A stretch of DNA of 64,000 nucleotides, taken from assembly GCA_964291235.2 (NCBI GenBank), contig OZ219815.1, forward strand, positions 598,675-662,674. The letters run 5' to 3'. This DNA comes from Vicinamibacteria bacterium. Lineage in GTDB: Bacteria > Acidobacteriota > Vicinamibacteria > Marinacidobacterales > Marinacidobacteraceae. The notes below the pieces were generated by a model. That model saw only the letters and a list, made by a program, of their open reading frames with translations. It was not told where the DNA came from and ran no database searches. Below, piece after piece: positions 17,249 to 26,133 of the stretch (positions are counted from its first letter, which is position 1; every line of letters begins with the position of its first letter). The translations under genes and the position numbers were made by a program.

Positions 17249-17312
17249 AGTGACCGCTCGCTAGGCGCGATGGTGCGGTCACGGCTCCGTTCGACTCAGG
17301 GAGGAGACTCTG

Positions 17313-18998
17313 ATGACCCGAAAAACAACCCGATTCGGCCTGTTTTTGATCTTCGCCGCCGGGCTCGGCTTACTGGCCTGTGGAGCGCCCGAGACGGAGG
17401 ACCGGACCGCCCCCGGCGCCGAGACGCTCGGCGTCCGGGCCGACGGCGACACCCAGATCTCCCCCGACCTGTCGCGGATTCCCGAGGAACTGCAGCAAGT
17501 GTTCCGCCACATCGACGACAACGTGGATCGCCAGCACGTGATGAACCTGAGGCGCTGGATCCAGCAGCCGAGCATCTCGAACTCGGGCGAGGGAATCCCC
17601 GAGTCGGCCCAGATGGTCAAGGGGTTCTTCGATCAGCTCGGTTGCCAGCATTCCCAGGTGTACGAGATCCCCATGACCGAGTGGGGGCAGCCGGGCAATC
17701 CGGTGGTGTACGCGAACTGCAACTACGGCGCCGAGCGCACCCTGCTCATCTACTGGATGTACGACACGATGCCGATCACCCAGCCCGAGGCCTGGGTGCT
17801 CCCGCCGTTCGACGGGGAGTTCACCGAGTTCGGCCCCTTCAAGAAGGTGATGATCGGCCGCGGCGCGACCAACTCCAAGGGTCCGCAGATGGTCCAGTGG
17901 AACGCCTTCCACTCGATCTACGAGGAAACCGGCACCATGCCGGTGAACCTGATCTTCATCGCCGAGGGCGACGAGGAGCGGATGTCCATCGGCCTCCGCC
18001 AGTTCGTCCGCGAAAACCCGGATCTGTTCCGCGAGGCGGAGGCGATGTACCGCTTCGGGCGGCAGTCACGCTCCGGCGCCGCGGGCATCGGGGGCGGTTC
18101 GGAAGGCTGCGTTTACATCGAACTCACCACCAGCGGAGCGAGCTGGGGACGGGGCCCGGTGGCCTCCAACATCCACGGATCCAGAAAACGCTCCGTGGAC
18201 GCCCCGGCGCTCCGCCACGTGAAGATGCTCTCGTCACTGGTAACCGATGACGGGAACGGGGTGTTGGTTCCCGGGTTCTACGACGGCGCCGACCCGCTGA
18301 ACGACGCGGAGGAAGCGATGTTCCAAAACGCCGCCGAGAACATCGACCTGGCGGTCGCCGCCGAGAACATCGGGGTGGCCCGCTTCATCAGCGACGATCC
18401 GCTGACCTACCTGAAGAGCGCGCGCTACGGCATTTCCTTCAACATGGACGGCGTCTGGGCCGGCAACATGTATCCGGGCGGCGCCGGCGCCATTCTGCCG
18501 AACCGCATTACCTCCAAGCACAACATGCGCTACGTCCCCAGCATGGACGGGCTGGAGATGGTCCAGAAGATCCGGGACTACCTGGATGAGCAGGGCTACG
18601 AGGACGTCGAGATGACGATCATCGGGGACGTCCCGTGGTCGAAGTCCAGCTACGACAACCGGGCGGCGCACTCCCTGCTGCACACCTATGACATTTTCGG
18701 GATCCCCTACCGGGACCCGATCGAAGGGGAGAGCATCCTCGGCGGTTACTGGCCCGCCTATCTCTTCAGCGGCCGGGACGGGGATTTCGCCGACGGCACC
18801 GACCTCTCGATGCCGATCGTGGGCGGCGCCGGCGGCCACGGAGGCGGCTCCCACGCGGCCAACGAGTTCTGGGTGATCGAGGGCGCCGGCAACGTCTATG
18901 GGATGGCCGGCGGCGAGAAGACGGTGGCGACCTTCCTCTACGCCTACGCGGGGCTGCTCCCCGATGCCCCGGCCGAGACCGGGATGGACGAGGAATAG
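17313..18998 (+). CDS. M20-family peptidase-like lipoprotein, paralog 1 (non-canonical metal-ligand motifs)
   Basis: The ATG is preceded by GGGAGGAG. The signal peptide/lipobox is FLIFAAGLGLLACGAPE. M20 dipeptidase-like landmarks are IYWMYDTMP, GRGATNSKGP, IAEGDEERMS and GGGSHAANEF. Confidence 0.8.
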   Translation: MTRKTTRFGLFLIFAAGLGLLACGAPETEDRTAPGAETLGVRADGDTQISPDLSRIPEELQQVFRHIDDNVDRQHVMNLRRWIQQPSISNSGEGIPESAQMVKGFFDQLGCQHSQVYEIPMTEWGQPGNPVVYANCNYGAERTLLIYWMYDTMPITQPEAWVLPPFDGEFTEFGPFKKVMIGRGATNSKGPQMVQWNAFHSIYEETGTMPVNLIFIAEGDEERMSIGLRQFVRENPDLFREAEAMYRFGRQSRSGAAGIGGGSEGCVYIELTTSGASWGRGPVASNIHGSRKRSVDAPALRHVKMLSSLVTDDGNGVLVPGFYDGADPLNDAEEAMFQNAAENIDLAVAAENIGVARFISDDPLTYLKSARYGISFNMDGVWAGNMYPGGAGAILPNRITSKHNMRYVPSMDGLEMVQKIRDYLDEQGYEDVEMTIIGDVPWSKSSYDNRAAHSLLHTYDIFGIPYRDPIEGESILGGYWPAYLFSGRDGDFADGTDLSMPIVGGAGGHGGGSHAANEFWVIEGAGNVYGMAGGEKTVATFLYAYAGLLPDAPAETGMDEE

Positions 18999-19061
18999 CA
19001 ATCCGAAAGCGTTCCGCTCCGGCGTGGTCGCGTCCGCGCCGCGGGCGGCGCACCTCGCCCT

Positions 19062-19091
19062 TTGACAGGCCGGCCGGAAGGGACATATCTT
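19062..19091 (+). promoter_or_regulatory. Sigma70-like promoter motif P2 (TTGACA-N18-TATCTT)
   Basis: CGCCCTTTGACA...TATCTT ends 67 nt upstream of ATG 19159. Its sequence context is conserved with P1. Confidence 0.45.
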
Positions 19092-19158
19092 CCAGAGTTG
19101 GCCGTCCCCCGGAGTGAGGTGCGGCCGCTGCTCGGTCCCACCCACGAAGGAGATTTTG

Positions 19159-20841
19159 ATGACGCGAAACGCAACCCGATTCGGCCTGTTCCTGCTGCTC
19201 GTTTGCGGGCTCGGCTGGCTCGCCTGCGGAGCCCCCGAAATGGAGGACCGGATGGCGCCCGCCACCGAGACACTCGGCGTGCGCGCCGCGGGCGACACGG
19301 AAATTGCACCCGACATGTCGCAGATCCCCGAGGAACTCCAGCAGGTGTTCGGGCACATCGACGACAACATCGATGAGCACGTGATGAATCTCCGTCGCTG
19401 GATCCAGCAGCCGAGCATCTCGAACTCGGGCGAGGGAATCCCCGAATCAGCCCAGATGGTCAAGGGGTTCTTCGACCAGCTCGGCTGTCAGCAATCGCAG
19501 GTGTACGAGATTCCCATGACCGAATGGGGGCAGCCCGGCAACCCGGTCGTGTATGCGAACTGCGACTACGGCAAGGAGCACACGATCCTCATCTACTGGA
19601 TGTACGACACGATGCCGATCACCCAGCCCGAGGCCTGGGTGCTCCCGCCGTTCGACGGGGAGTTCACCGAGTTCGGCCCCTTCAAGAAGGTGATGATCGG
19701 CCGCGGCGCGACCAACTCCAAGGGTCCGCAGATGGTCCAGTGGAACGCCTTCCACTCCATCTACGAGGAGACCGGATCCATGCCGGTCAACCTGATCTTC
19801 ATCGCCGAGGGTGACGAGGAGCGGATGTCCATCGGCCTCCGGCAGTTCGTCCGCGAAAATCCGGAACTCTTCGCCGAGGCGGACGCGATGTATCGCTTCG
19901 GTTCCCAGTCGCGCTCCGGGGCCGCCGGCATCGGCGGCGGATCGGAAGGCTGCGTTTACATCGAACTCACCACCAGCGGAGCGAGCTGGGGACGGGGCCC
20001 GGTGGCCTCCAACATTCATGGGGCACACAAGCGCTCCACCGACGCCCCGGCGCTCCGCCACGTAAAAATGCTCTCTTCCCTGGTTACCGAGGACGGGAAC
20101 GGGGTGTTGATTCCCGGGTTCTACGACGGCGCCGACCCGCTGAACGACGCCGAGGAGGCGATGTTCCAAAACGCCGCCGAGAACATCGACATGGCCGTTG
20201 CCGCCGAGAACATCGGAGTGGCCCGCTTCATCAGCGACGATCCGCTGACCTACCTGAAGAGCGCGCGCTACGGCATTTCCTTCAACATGGACGGCGTCTG
20301 GGCCGGCAACATGTATCCCGGCGGCGCCGGCGCGATCCTGCCGAACCGGATTACCTCCAAGCACAACATGCGCTACGTCCCCAGCATGGACGGGCTGGAC
20401 ATGGTCCAGAAGATCCGGGACTACCTGGATGAGCAAGGCTACGAGGACGTCGAAATGACGATCATCGGAGACGTCCCGTGGTCGAAGTCCAGCTACGACA
20501 ACCGGGCGGCGCATTCGCTGCTCCGCACCTACGACGTCTTCGGCATCCGCTACCGCGATCCCCTCGAGGGCGAATCCATACTGGGCGGTTACTGGCCGGC
20601 ATACCTGTTCAGCGGCAGGGACGGGGACTTCGCCGACGGCACCGACCTCTCGATGCCGATCGTCGGCGGGGCGGCCGGACACGGCGGCGGCGCCCACGCG
20701 GCCAACGAGTTCTGGGTCATTGAGGGCGCCGGCGAGGTCTATGGGATGGCCGGGGCCGAGAAGTCGATCGCTACTTTCCTCTACGCCTATGCCGGACTGC
20801 TACCCGATGCCCCGGCCGAGACAGGGATGGACGAGGACTAG
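19159..20841 (+). CDS. M20-family peptidase-like lipoprotein, paralog 2
   Basis: The track ORF is 19114-20841. I prefer ATG 19159, after GAAGGAG, which gives MTRNATRFGLFLLLVCGLGWLACGAPE. By eye it is about 90% identical to paralog 1, including a 170-nt perfectly identical tract. Confidence 0.8.
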   Translation: MTRNATRFGLFLLLVCGLGWLACGAPEMEDRMAPATETLGVRAAGDTEIAPDMSQIPEELQQVFGHIDDNIDEHVMNLRRWIQQPSISNSGEGIPESAQMVKGFFDQLGCQQSQVYEIPMTEWGQPGNPVVYANCDYGKEHTILIYWMYDTMPITQPEAWVLPPFDGEFTEFGPFKKVMIGRGATNSKGPQMVQWNAFHSIYEETGSMPVNLIFIAEGDEERMSIGLRQFVRENPELFAEADAMYRFGSQSRSGAAGIGGGSEGCVYIELTTSGASWGRGPVASNIHGAHKRSTDAPALRHVKMLSSLVTEDGNGVLIPGFYDGADPLNDAEEAMFQNAAENIDMAVAAENIGVARFISDDPLTYLKSARYGISFNMDGVWAGNMYPGGAGAILPNRITSKHNMRYVPSMDGLDMVQKIRDYLDEQGYEDVEMTIIGDVPWSKSSYDNRAAHSLLRTYDVFGIRYRDPLEGESILGGYWPAYLFSGRDGDFADGTDLSMPIVGGAAGHGGGAHAANEFWVIEGAGEVYGMAGAEKSIATFLYAYAGLLPDAPAETGMDED

Positions 20842-21023
20842 CAGCCCGTGGCAAAACCCACGCGGCGTTCGACGAGCGATGCATCCCGTCTGAACCGTGC
20901 CGCTTCGCGGCGCTCGGCGTTGCGCTTCGGTCGAAATACACCCGGTATTCCTCCCTCGCGCGCCTTCTCAGCCGGGCGCCTCGCCCGTCTCGGCGCTCAC
21001 GCGGGTTTCACCACGGGCTGCTA
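20839..21023 (+). mobile_element. MITE-like repeat, copy 2
   Basis: It spans TAGCAGCCCGTGGCAAAACCCACGCGG ... CGCGGGTTTCACCACGGGCTGCTA. It is flanked by TA on both sides, and the left TA forms part of the TAG stop of the upstream gene. Confidence 0.7.
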
Positions 21024-21060
21024 GCAACCGGAAATTGAGCAGCGCTCTGGTTCGTCCCGG

Positions 21061-21097
21061 GGACCCGGCTTCCGGAGGGGAGCCGGGTCCGACGTTT
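21061..21097 (+). terminator. Strong hairpin downstream of MITE copy 2 (candidate terminator of the M20-like pair)
   Basis: GGACCCGGCT-N10-AGCCGGGTCC is a perfect 10-bp stem followed by GACGTTT. The 12-nt palindrome GGGGCGCGCCCC follows immediately. Confidence 0.4.
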
Positions 21098-21134
21098 GGG
21101 GCGCGCCCCTGACCCCTGAAAGGCCACGAGACCC

Positions 21135-21872
21135 ATGCCGGAGGAATCGCCTCCCACCGCAATTGAAGTTCGGGATCTCGTCAAGACGTACGTCCTGAGC
21201 GAGACCCATCGGGTGGAGGCCCTCCGTGGACTCACCCTGTCGGTGGACAAGGGGGAGTTCCTGTCGGTCCTCGGCCCGTCCGGATCCGGCAAGAGCACCC
21301 TGATGCACATCATCGGCTGTCTCGACCAGCCGACCTCCGGGGAATACCACCTCATGGGACGCGACATCTCCCGCCTCGGGAACGACGAGCGCGCCCGCAT
21401 CCGGAACGAGGAGATCGGGTTCGTCTTCCAGAGCTTCCACCTGCTCGCCCGGGCCAGCGCCCTCGAGAACGTGGAACTTCCCATGCTCTACGGGGCCAAG
21501 CGGCCGGGACGCGAAGAAAGACGCCGGAAGGCGTCCGAAGCGTTGGCGGCCGTGGGCCTCTCCGACCGGGCGACCCACGCCCCGAGCCAGCTCTCCGGAG
21601 GCCAGCAGCAGCGGGTTGCCATCGCCCGGGCCCTCGCCAACCGGCCGCGCCTCCTGCTGGCGGACGAACCGACCGGCAATCTGGACACCCGGACCGGACG
21701 GGAAATCCTCGACACCTTCGCCCGGCTCAACTCGGAACGAGGACTGACCGTGATCATGATCACCCACGACCGGCAGGTGGCGCAGTATGCCTCCCGAAGC
21801 GTTGAGCTGCGGGACGGACGAATCCTCACCGACGAAGGAATATCGAGCAATGGAGCAGACCCCGGTGCCTGA
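21135..21872 (+). CDS. ABC transporter ATP-binding protein (MacB/LolD-type)
   Basis: It has Walker A GPSGSGKST, the signature LSGGQQQRVAIARAL and Walker B LLLADEPTGNLD. Confidence 0.9.
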   Translation: MPEESPPTAIEVRDLVKTYVLSETHRVEALRGLTLSVDKGEFLSVLGPSGSGKSTLMHIIGCLDQPTSGEYHLMGRDISRLGNDERARIRNEEIGFVFQSFHLLARASALENVELPMLYGAKRPGREERRRKASEALAAVGLSDRATHAPSQLSGGQQQRVAIARALANRPRLLLADEPTGNLDTRTGREILDTFARLNSERGLTVIMITHDRQVAQYASRSVELRDGRILTDEGISSNGADPGA

Positions 21873-23400
21873 TCCCAAAAACGGAGCACGTTTCCAGCGC
21901 CTGTTACGCGAGTTGCCCGCCGAACGGCGCACGGCGCTCGAAACCGCCGTCCAGAGCCTGCGGCGCTACCCGCTCCGGACCACGCTGACCCTGCTCGGCC
22001 TCGCGTTCGGGGTGGCGGCCCTGATGGCGACGATCGCCCTCGGTCGCGGTGCCCAGGGTGCGATCCAGGATCAGGTGCGCGCCGCCGGTCTCAACGTGAT
22101 CGAGGTGACGGCCGGCAACTATCGGACCCGCGGAGAGCGGCCCATCGGGGGCATCGAGGCGCCCGCCCGGCATGGGGCGGCCCTCCCTCCTGGCGTGCTG
22201 GAGCGCTTCCTGAGGAAGATCGAGCCGGTGGCTCTGGCGCATCCCGAGAACGATCCGATGGAAAAACACGATCATCCGACGGCCGCGGATCGGCTCGGAG
22301 ATTCGGCAGCCGGTCTCGGCGCGGCGGCGACGCTGACCAGCGACGACGCCGACGCGATCGCATCGCTACCCGGTGTCGCCCATGTCGCATCAGGCATCCA
22401 CGAGAGCGTCCGCATCTTCGCCGGTGACCGACGCTGGTTCACACGGCTTCACGGCACCGACGTGGACCTCGTGCAGATCCGCCGGTCGTTCGCGATGCAG
22501 CACGGACGGTTCTTCAGTGCCGGAGAACTGAGGCGCTCCTCCCAGGTGGTGGTGCTCGGCAGCGTCGCGCGGGACCAGCTCTTCGGCCAGGGCGAGGACC
22601 CGGTCGGCCGCGAGGTCAGCATCTGGAACCAGTCGTTCGAGGTGGTCGGCGTCGTGGTGAGCAGCAACTGGATGAATCCCGGCGCTCCCGGCGACGATGA
22701 ATTCGACGCGGTGTACACACCCTTTACCGCCGTCCATCGGCTGCTCAACGCCACGAACCTCAACTCCATCACCGTGACCGCGGCGTCGTCCGGACGGGTC
22801 ACCGAGGTGTCCCGGGACATCACCGATCTGCTCCGCGAGCGGCACGGAATCGGGGAAACCCAGGCTGACGATTTCACGGTGACGACCCAAGCGTCGGAGG
22901 TGCTCGGCAAGGGCCTTCATCCGAAGGTGGCCGAAACCCTCGCCGGCAACATCCCGAATCTCGAACGCACCACCCTGCGACAGCTCGCCGCGACCCTCGA
23001 ACGTTCCAGCAGCACCATGTCGGCGCTGCTGCTCGCCATCGCGCTCGTCTCGTTGATCGTGGGCGCGATCGGGATTTCGAACGTCATGCTGCTCTCGGTG
23101 CGCGAACGGATCCGCGAAATCGGGCTGCGAATGGCGGTCGGAGCGCAGACCGGGGATGTCGGCAACCAGTTCCTCACCGAGTCCGTGCTGCTCGGCGCCG
23201 CCGGGGGGGTGCTGGGCGTCGTGATCGGCGCGGTGGCCGCGGTGGTAGTCGAGAGTTCGTTCGGATTGGCGGTCGAGGTTTCGGCAGTGGCCGGCCTGAT
23301 CTCGTTCCTGGTGGCGCTCCTCACCGGAGTGATCGCCGGGGTCAGTCCGGCGCGGCGAGCCGCCCGTCTCGACCCGATCGTCGCCCTCGGTTCGGAATAG
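21850..23400 (+). CDS. MacB/FtsX-type ABC transporter permease
   Basis: The track ORF is 21787-23400. ATG 21850 overlaps the ATPase 3' end. The N-terminal helix is LRTTLTLLGLAFGVAALMATIAL. The C-terminal FtsX module is IREIGLRMAVGAQTGDV...SPARRAARLDPIVALGSE. Confidence 0.8.
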   Translation: MEQTPVPDPKNGARFQRLLRELPAERRTALETAVQSLRRYPLRTTLTLLGLAFGVAALMATIALGRGAQGAIQDQVRAAGLNVIEVTAGNYRTRGERPIGGIEAPARHGAALPPGVLERFLRKIEPVALAHPENDPMEKHDHPTAADRLGDSAAGLGAAATLTSDDADAIASLPGVAHVASGIHESVRIFAGDRRWFTRLHGTDVDLVQIRRSFAMQHGRFFSAGELRRSSQVVVLGSVARDQLFGQGEDPVGREVSIWNQSFEVVGVVVSSNWMNPGAPGDDEFDAVYTPFTAVHRLLNATNLNSITVTAASSGRVTEVSRDITDLLRERHGIGETQADDFTVTTQASEVLGKGLHPKVAETLAGNIPNLERTTLRQLAATLERSSSTMSALLLAIALVSLIVGAIGISNVMLLSVRERIREIGLRMAVGAQTGDVGNQFLTESVLLGAAGGVLGVVIGAVAAVVVESSFGLAVEVSAVAGLISFLVALLTGVIAGVSPARRAARLDPIVALGSE

Positions 23401-23448
23401 GAATCCGCCGGCCGGCGAGCGGCGGCAGGTTCAGTCGGGCAGCGGGAT

Positions 23449-23633
23449 TAACAGCCTGTGGACAAAGTCACGCGGCATTCGAACAGCGATGCATCCCGGC
23501 TGAACCGGGCCGCTGCGCGACCCTCATCGTTGCGTTTCGGTCGGAATACACTCGGTATTCCTTCCTCACGCGCCTTGTCAGCCGGGCGCCTCACTGTTCT
23601 CGGTGCTCACGTCACTTTATCCACAGGCTGTTA
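23449..23633 (+). mobile_element. MITE-like repeat, copy 3
   Basis: It spans TAACAGCCTGTGGACAAAGTCACGCGG ... CACGTCACTTTATCCACAGGCTGTTA. It has TA flanks within TTAA on both sides. The arms, each about 38 nt, are about 80-85% complementary. Confidence 0.7.
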
Positions 23634-23821
23634 ACGGAGCGGTCAGGCCGGACGGATCCGCCTGAGCGAAGACCCGCTCCAGCCGCCACTGAATCCAGAT
23701 TCCATCGCCGCCGCCCGAGAGGAGAAAGAACAGCAAGAAGCCGGCGGCGATCGCCGCATCAGGAAACCGGCGGACCCGCTCTTTGATCACCCGGTCTGTG
23801 CGGGGCTACCGGTATCGCTTC

Positions 23822-26020
23822 TCAGCGCTCCTGTTCCTGACGCGGCGGCGCGCCGCGCTCGGCTTCGCTGACCCGGGTCAGGGCTTCCTCGACCTGCGGC
23901 TGTTCCGCGTCGAGCGTCAAAGAGCGCTCGAACGCCTCCCGGGCTCCGGCAAAGTCGGAAACCTGAAACCGGGCGAGCCCCAGCAGGTTGAGGCTCTGCG
24001 TGTCCGGGTTCTCGAGCAGGATGGCGCGGGCCAGCAGGTCTTCGGCGTCCTCGTAGCGGCCCAAATGGAAATACGCCTCCCCGAGGACCCGAAGCAGGTC
24101 GTAGCGGTCCTGGACTTCCGCATAGACCGGCTCCAGCAGTTCCACCACCGTCGCCGGGTTGCCCGCTTCGATTTCGAGCCCCGCCAGGAGCTCGCGGGCG
24201 CGTCCGAGGCGAGGCGCCATCGCCACGGCTTGCTCGATCACCGGGCGAGCCTCCTCCGTCCGTTCCAGCGCCATGAGCTGTTCGCCCAGCGCCAGGCTCG
24301 TGAAGCCCGGGTTCTCCGGTCCGAAGGGCAGCATGTTGCCGTGAAAACCTGCCTCGAGCAGATTTCCGCGGGGAGATACCGTGAACGGCGCGCGGCGTGA
24401 AGACATCACGCCCCCGGCCCGGTCGAGCAGGTCCGCCTGGATCTCGTAGCGCCCCGCTCCGATGTCCAGCAGGGAAAAATCGAGCGCCACAAATCCGCTC
24501 GCCGCATCCGGCTCCGCTGGCTCGTCGCTCGTGTACGCCACCTCGCCATCGGTCAGCGGTTCGCGGCTCACGATCCGGAAGCGGACCGACGCTTCCTCGG
24601 GCGCGTGCTGGGGCACCACTCCGGCGACAAAGTTGTCGCCGATGGCGTAAACCCCCTGCGGGTTGGGCACTACGCCGGCAAGGCCGATTCGAAAGGGGCG
24701 ATAGCGCGCCGGAGCCGCTTCGATCCGCCTCCCGAGCACCAGGTCGCTGAGTCGTGCGGTTCCGTCGCGCGGTGGCACGCTGACGTCGGTCTCGATCAGG
24801 GTGTAGCTCTTCGCGCAGTCTTCCTCTTCCCGCGAGGCGCACGCCCGGTTCCGGAGCACGATGCGCACGGTGTGATCCCCCGGGATCAGCGGCAGGACAC
24901 CGGCCCAGGAGAACGGGCGCTGCAGGGTGCCGCGCGCCTCTTCGTCCGTCAGGGAAACGAAGGACTCCCTCCGGAATTCGGTGACGATCTGCTCGGGGTC
25001 GTCGCGCAAGACAGCTTCGACGGACCCAATGAACGCGGTGTCATAGCTGCCGCGATCCTCGTTGCGGATGAAGGCGGTGTACTGGGCGTCCACCTGGACC
25101 ACCCAATGCAGGAAGGAGGCGTCTTCAGGCCCCGGAAGAACCGCTACCGCACCGTGTCCGGGGACGTAGGTGAACAGGTAGTCGGCCTCGATCGCGCCCC
25201 GTTCGAAGTCGAGCCGGTCCGCATAGCTGTCGTCGAGGCCGCGGAACGGCACCTCGTGGATATCTCCCAGCAGGTCCAGCGAGCCGAAGGGCACGGCCTG
25301 GAACCGGGTGATGTCCTGCTCGTCGGTGCGGAAGGACATGGCCGCGTTCGCGATCTCGGGGTCGAATTCGTAGAGGACTTCGTACGCGCGTTCCATCTCG
25401 TCGCGAAAATCCCGGCGCTCGGGCTGATAGCCGGTCAGGAGCGCCGCGGGGCCGTCCGAAATGGGGTCGTAGAGCTGTAGTTCCCCGACTCCGTGCCGTC
25501 TCCAGAAGAGGAGATAGAAGAACGCCGGAAGTCCGAAACGCTTCAGCTCCGAGTTGTTGAAGAACCAGAGTTCGGTCGGGTAGATCTCATCCCGAGCTTC
25601 GAAATTCTGGATCGATCGGGGCGCCCCGAGCAGGATGTAGTAGCGGCCGCGGTCCGTCTGCCAACCCTCGCGGAAGGTGGAGCGCCCGAACCACTTGTTC
25701 ACGTAGTCGAACCGCTCGTAGTGCTCGATCCTGAACTCGTTCTCGGGGGTCGAGGGGTTGTGGTCGCGCTTCCGCCAGAAAGCATCCACGAACGACTCGC
25801 GCTGTTGCTCGGAGGTCAGCGTCAGGAACACCCGCTTCTCGCGATCGGTGATGAGATAGACGACCTCCTCGGTCAGCCAGACTTGGTAGTGCTCCGGAAG
25901 GGCCGCGATCTTCTCTTTCTCGCTCAATTCCTCCTGCGCCGCGCCCGACGCGGTGATTCCGGCTACGAGGATCGCGGCAAGAACCAGAATGGAGGGGAGA
26001 CGCCGTACTGTTGGAGCCAT
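23822..26020 (-). CDS. GWxTD-domain protein with C-terminal TPR repeats
   Basis: The track ORF runs to 26107. ATG 26020 gives the signal peptide MAPTVRRLPSILVLAAILVAGITASGAAQ. It carries the motif FREGWQTDRGRYYILLGAP. The C-terminus is TPR-like (YDLLRVLGEAYFHLGRYEDAEDLLARAILLENPD). Confidence 0.75.
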   Translation of the reverse strand: MAPTVRRLPSILVLAAILVAGITASGAAQEELSEKEKIAALPEHYQVWLTEEVVYLITDREKRVFLTLTSEQQRESFVDAFWRKRDHNPSTPENEFRIEHYERFDYVNKWFGRSTFREGWQTDRGRYYILLGAPRSIQNFEARDEIYPTELWFFNNSELKRFGLPAFFYLLFWRRHGVGELQLYDPISDGPAALLTGYQPERRDFRDEMERAYEVLYEFDPEIANAAMSFRTDEQDITRFQAVPFGSLDLLGDIHEVPFRGLDDSYADRLDFERGAIEADYLFTYVPGHGAVAVLPGPEDASFLHWVVQVDAQYTAFIRNEDRGSYDTAFIGSVEAVLRDDPEQIVTEFRRESFVSLTDEEARGTLQRPFSWAGVLPLIPGDHTVRIVLRNRACASREEEDCAKSYTLIETDVSVPPRDGTARLSDLVLGRRIEAAPARYRPFRIGLAGVVPNPQGVYAIGDNFVAGVVPQHAPEEASVRFRIVSREPLTDGEVAYTSDEPAEPDAASGFVALDFSLLDIGAGRYEIQADLLDRAGGVMSSRRAPFTVSPRGNLLEAGFHGNMLPFGPENPGFTSLALGEQLMALERTEEARPVIEQAVAMAPRLGRARELLAGLEIEAGNPATVVELLEPVYAEVQDRYDLLRVLGEAYFHLGRYEDAEDLLARAILLENPDTQSLNLLGLARFQVSDFAGAREAFERSLTLDAEQPQVEEALTRVSEAERGAPPRQEQER

Positions 26021-26133
26021 GAGGAGTTGATGGTAGTCCCCGCGAAACCGGCGCGCAAAGCACTGGTGAGGAGTGCCGCGGAGGCCCCCTCGCCCCTCCC
26101 CCGCCAAATCTTGCGATACTCCGGCCCGAGCGC

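Noticed and set aside
17071-17253. ORFs of 60-71 aa lie inside the repeat elements: 17071-17253, 17061-17282, 20897-21112 and 20968-21162.
   Set aside because: They sit within non-coding MITE-like copies. They are not conserved in frame between copies, and one copy is internally deleted.
13382-23400. The block MacB permease / Met-rich lipoprotein / DUF885 / two M20-like genes / ABC ATPase / MacB permease as one coherent peptide-processing and export system.
   Set aside because: The genes are on both strands, are separated by promoters, terminators and MITEs, and belong to families that are individually abundant in such genomes. Without co-occurrence data the grouping is speculative.
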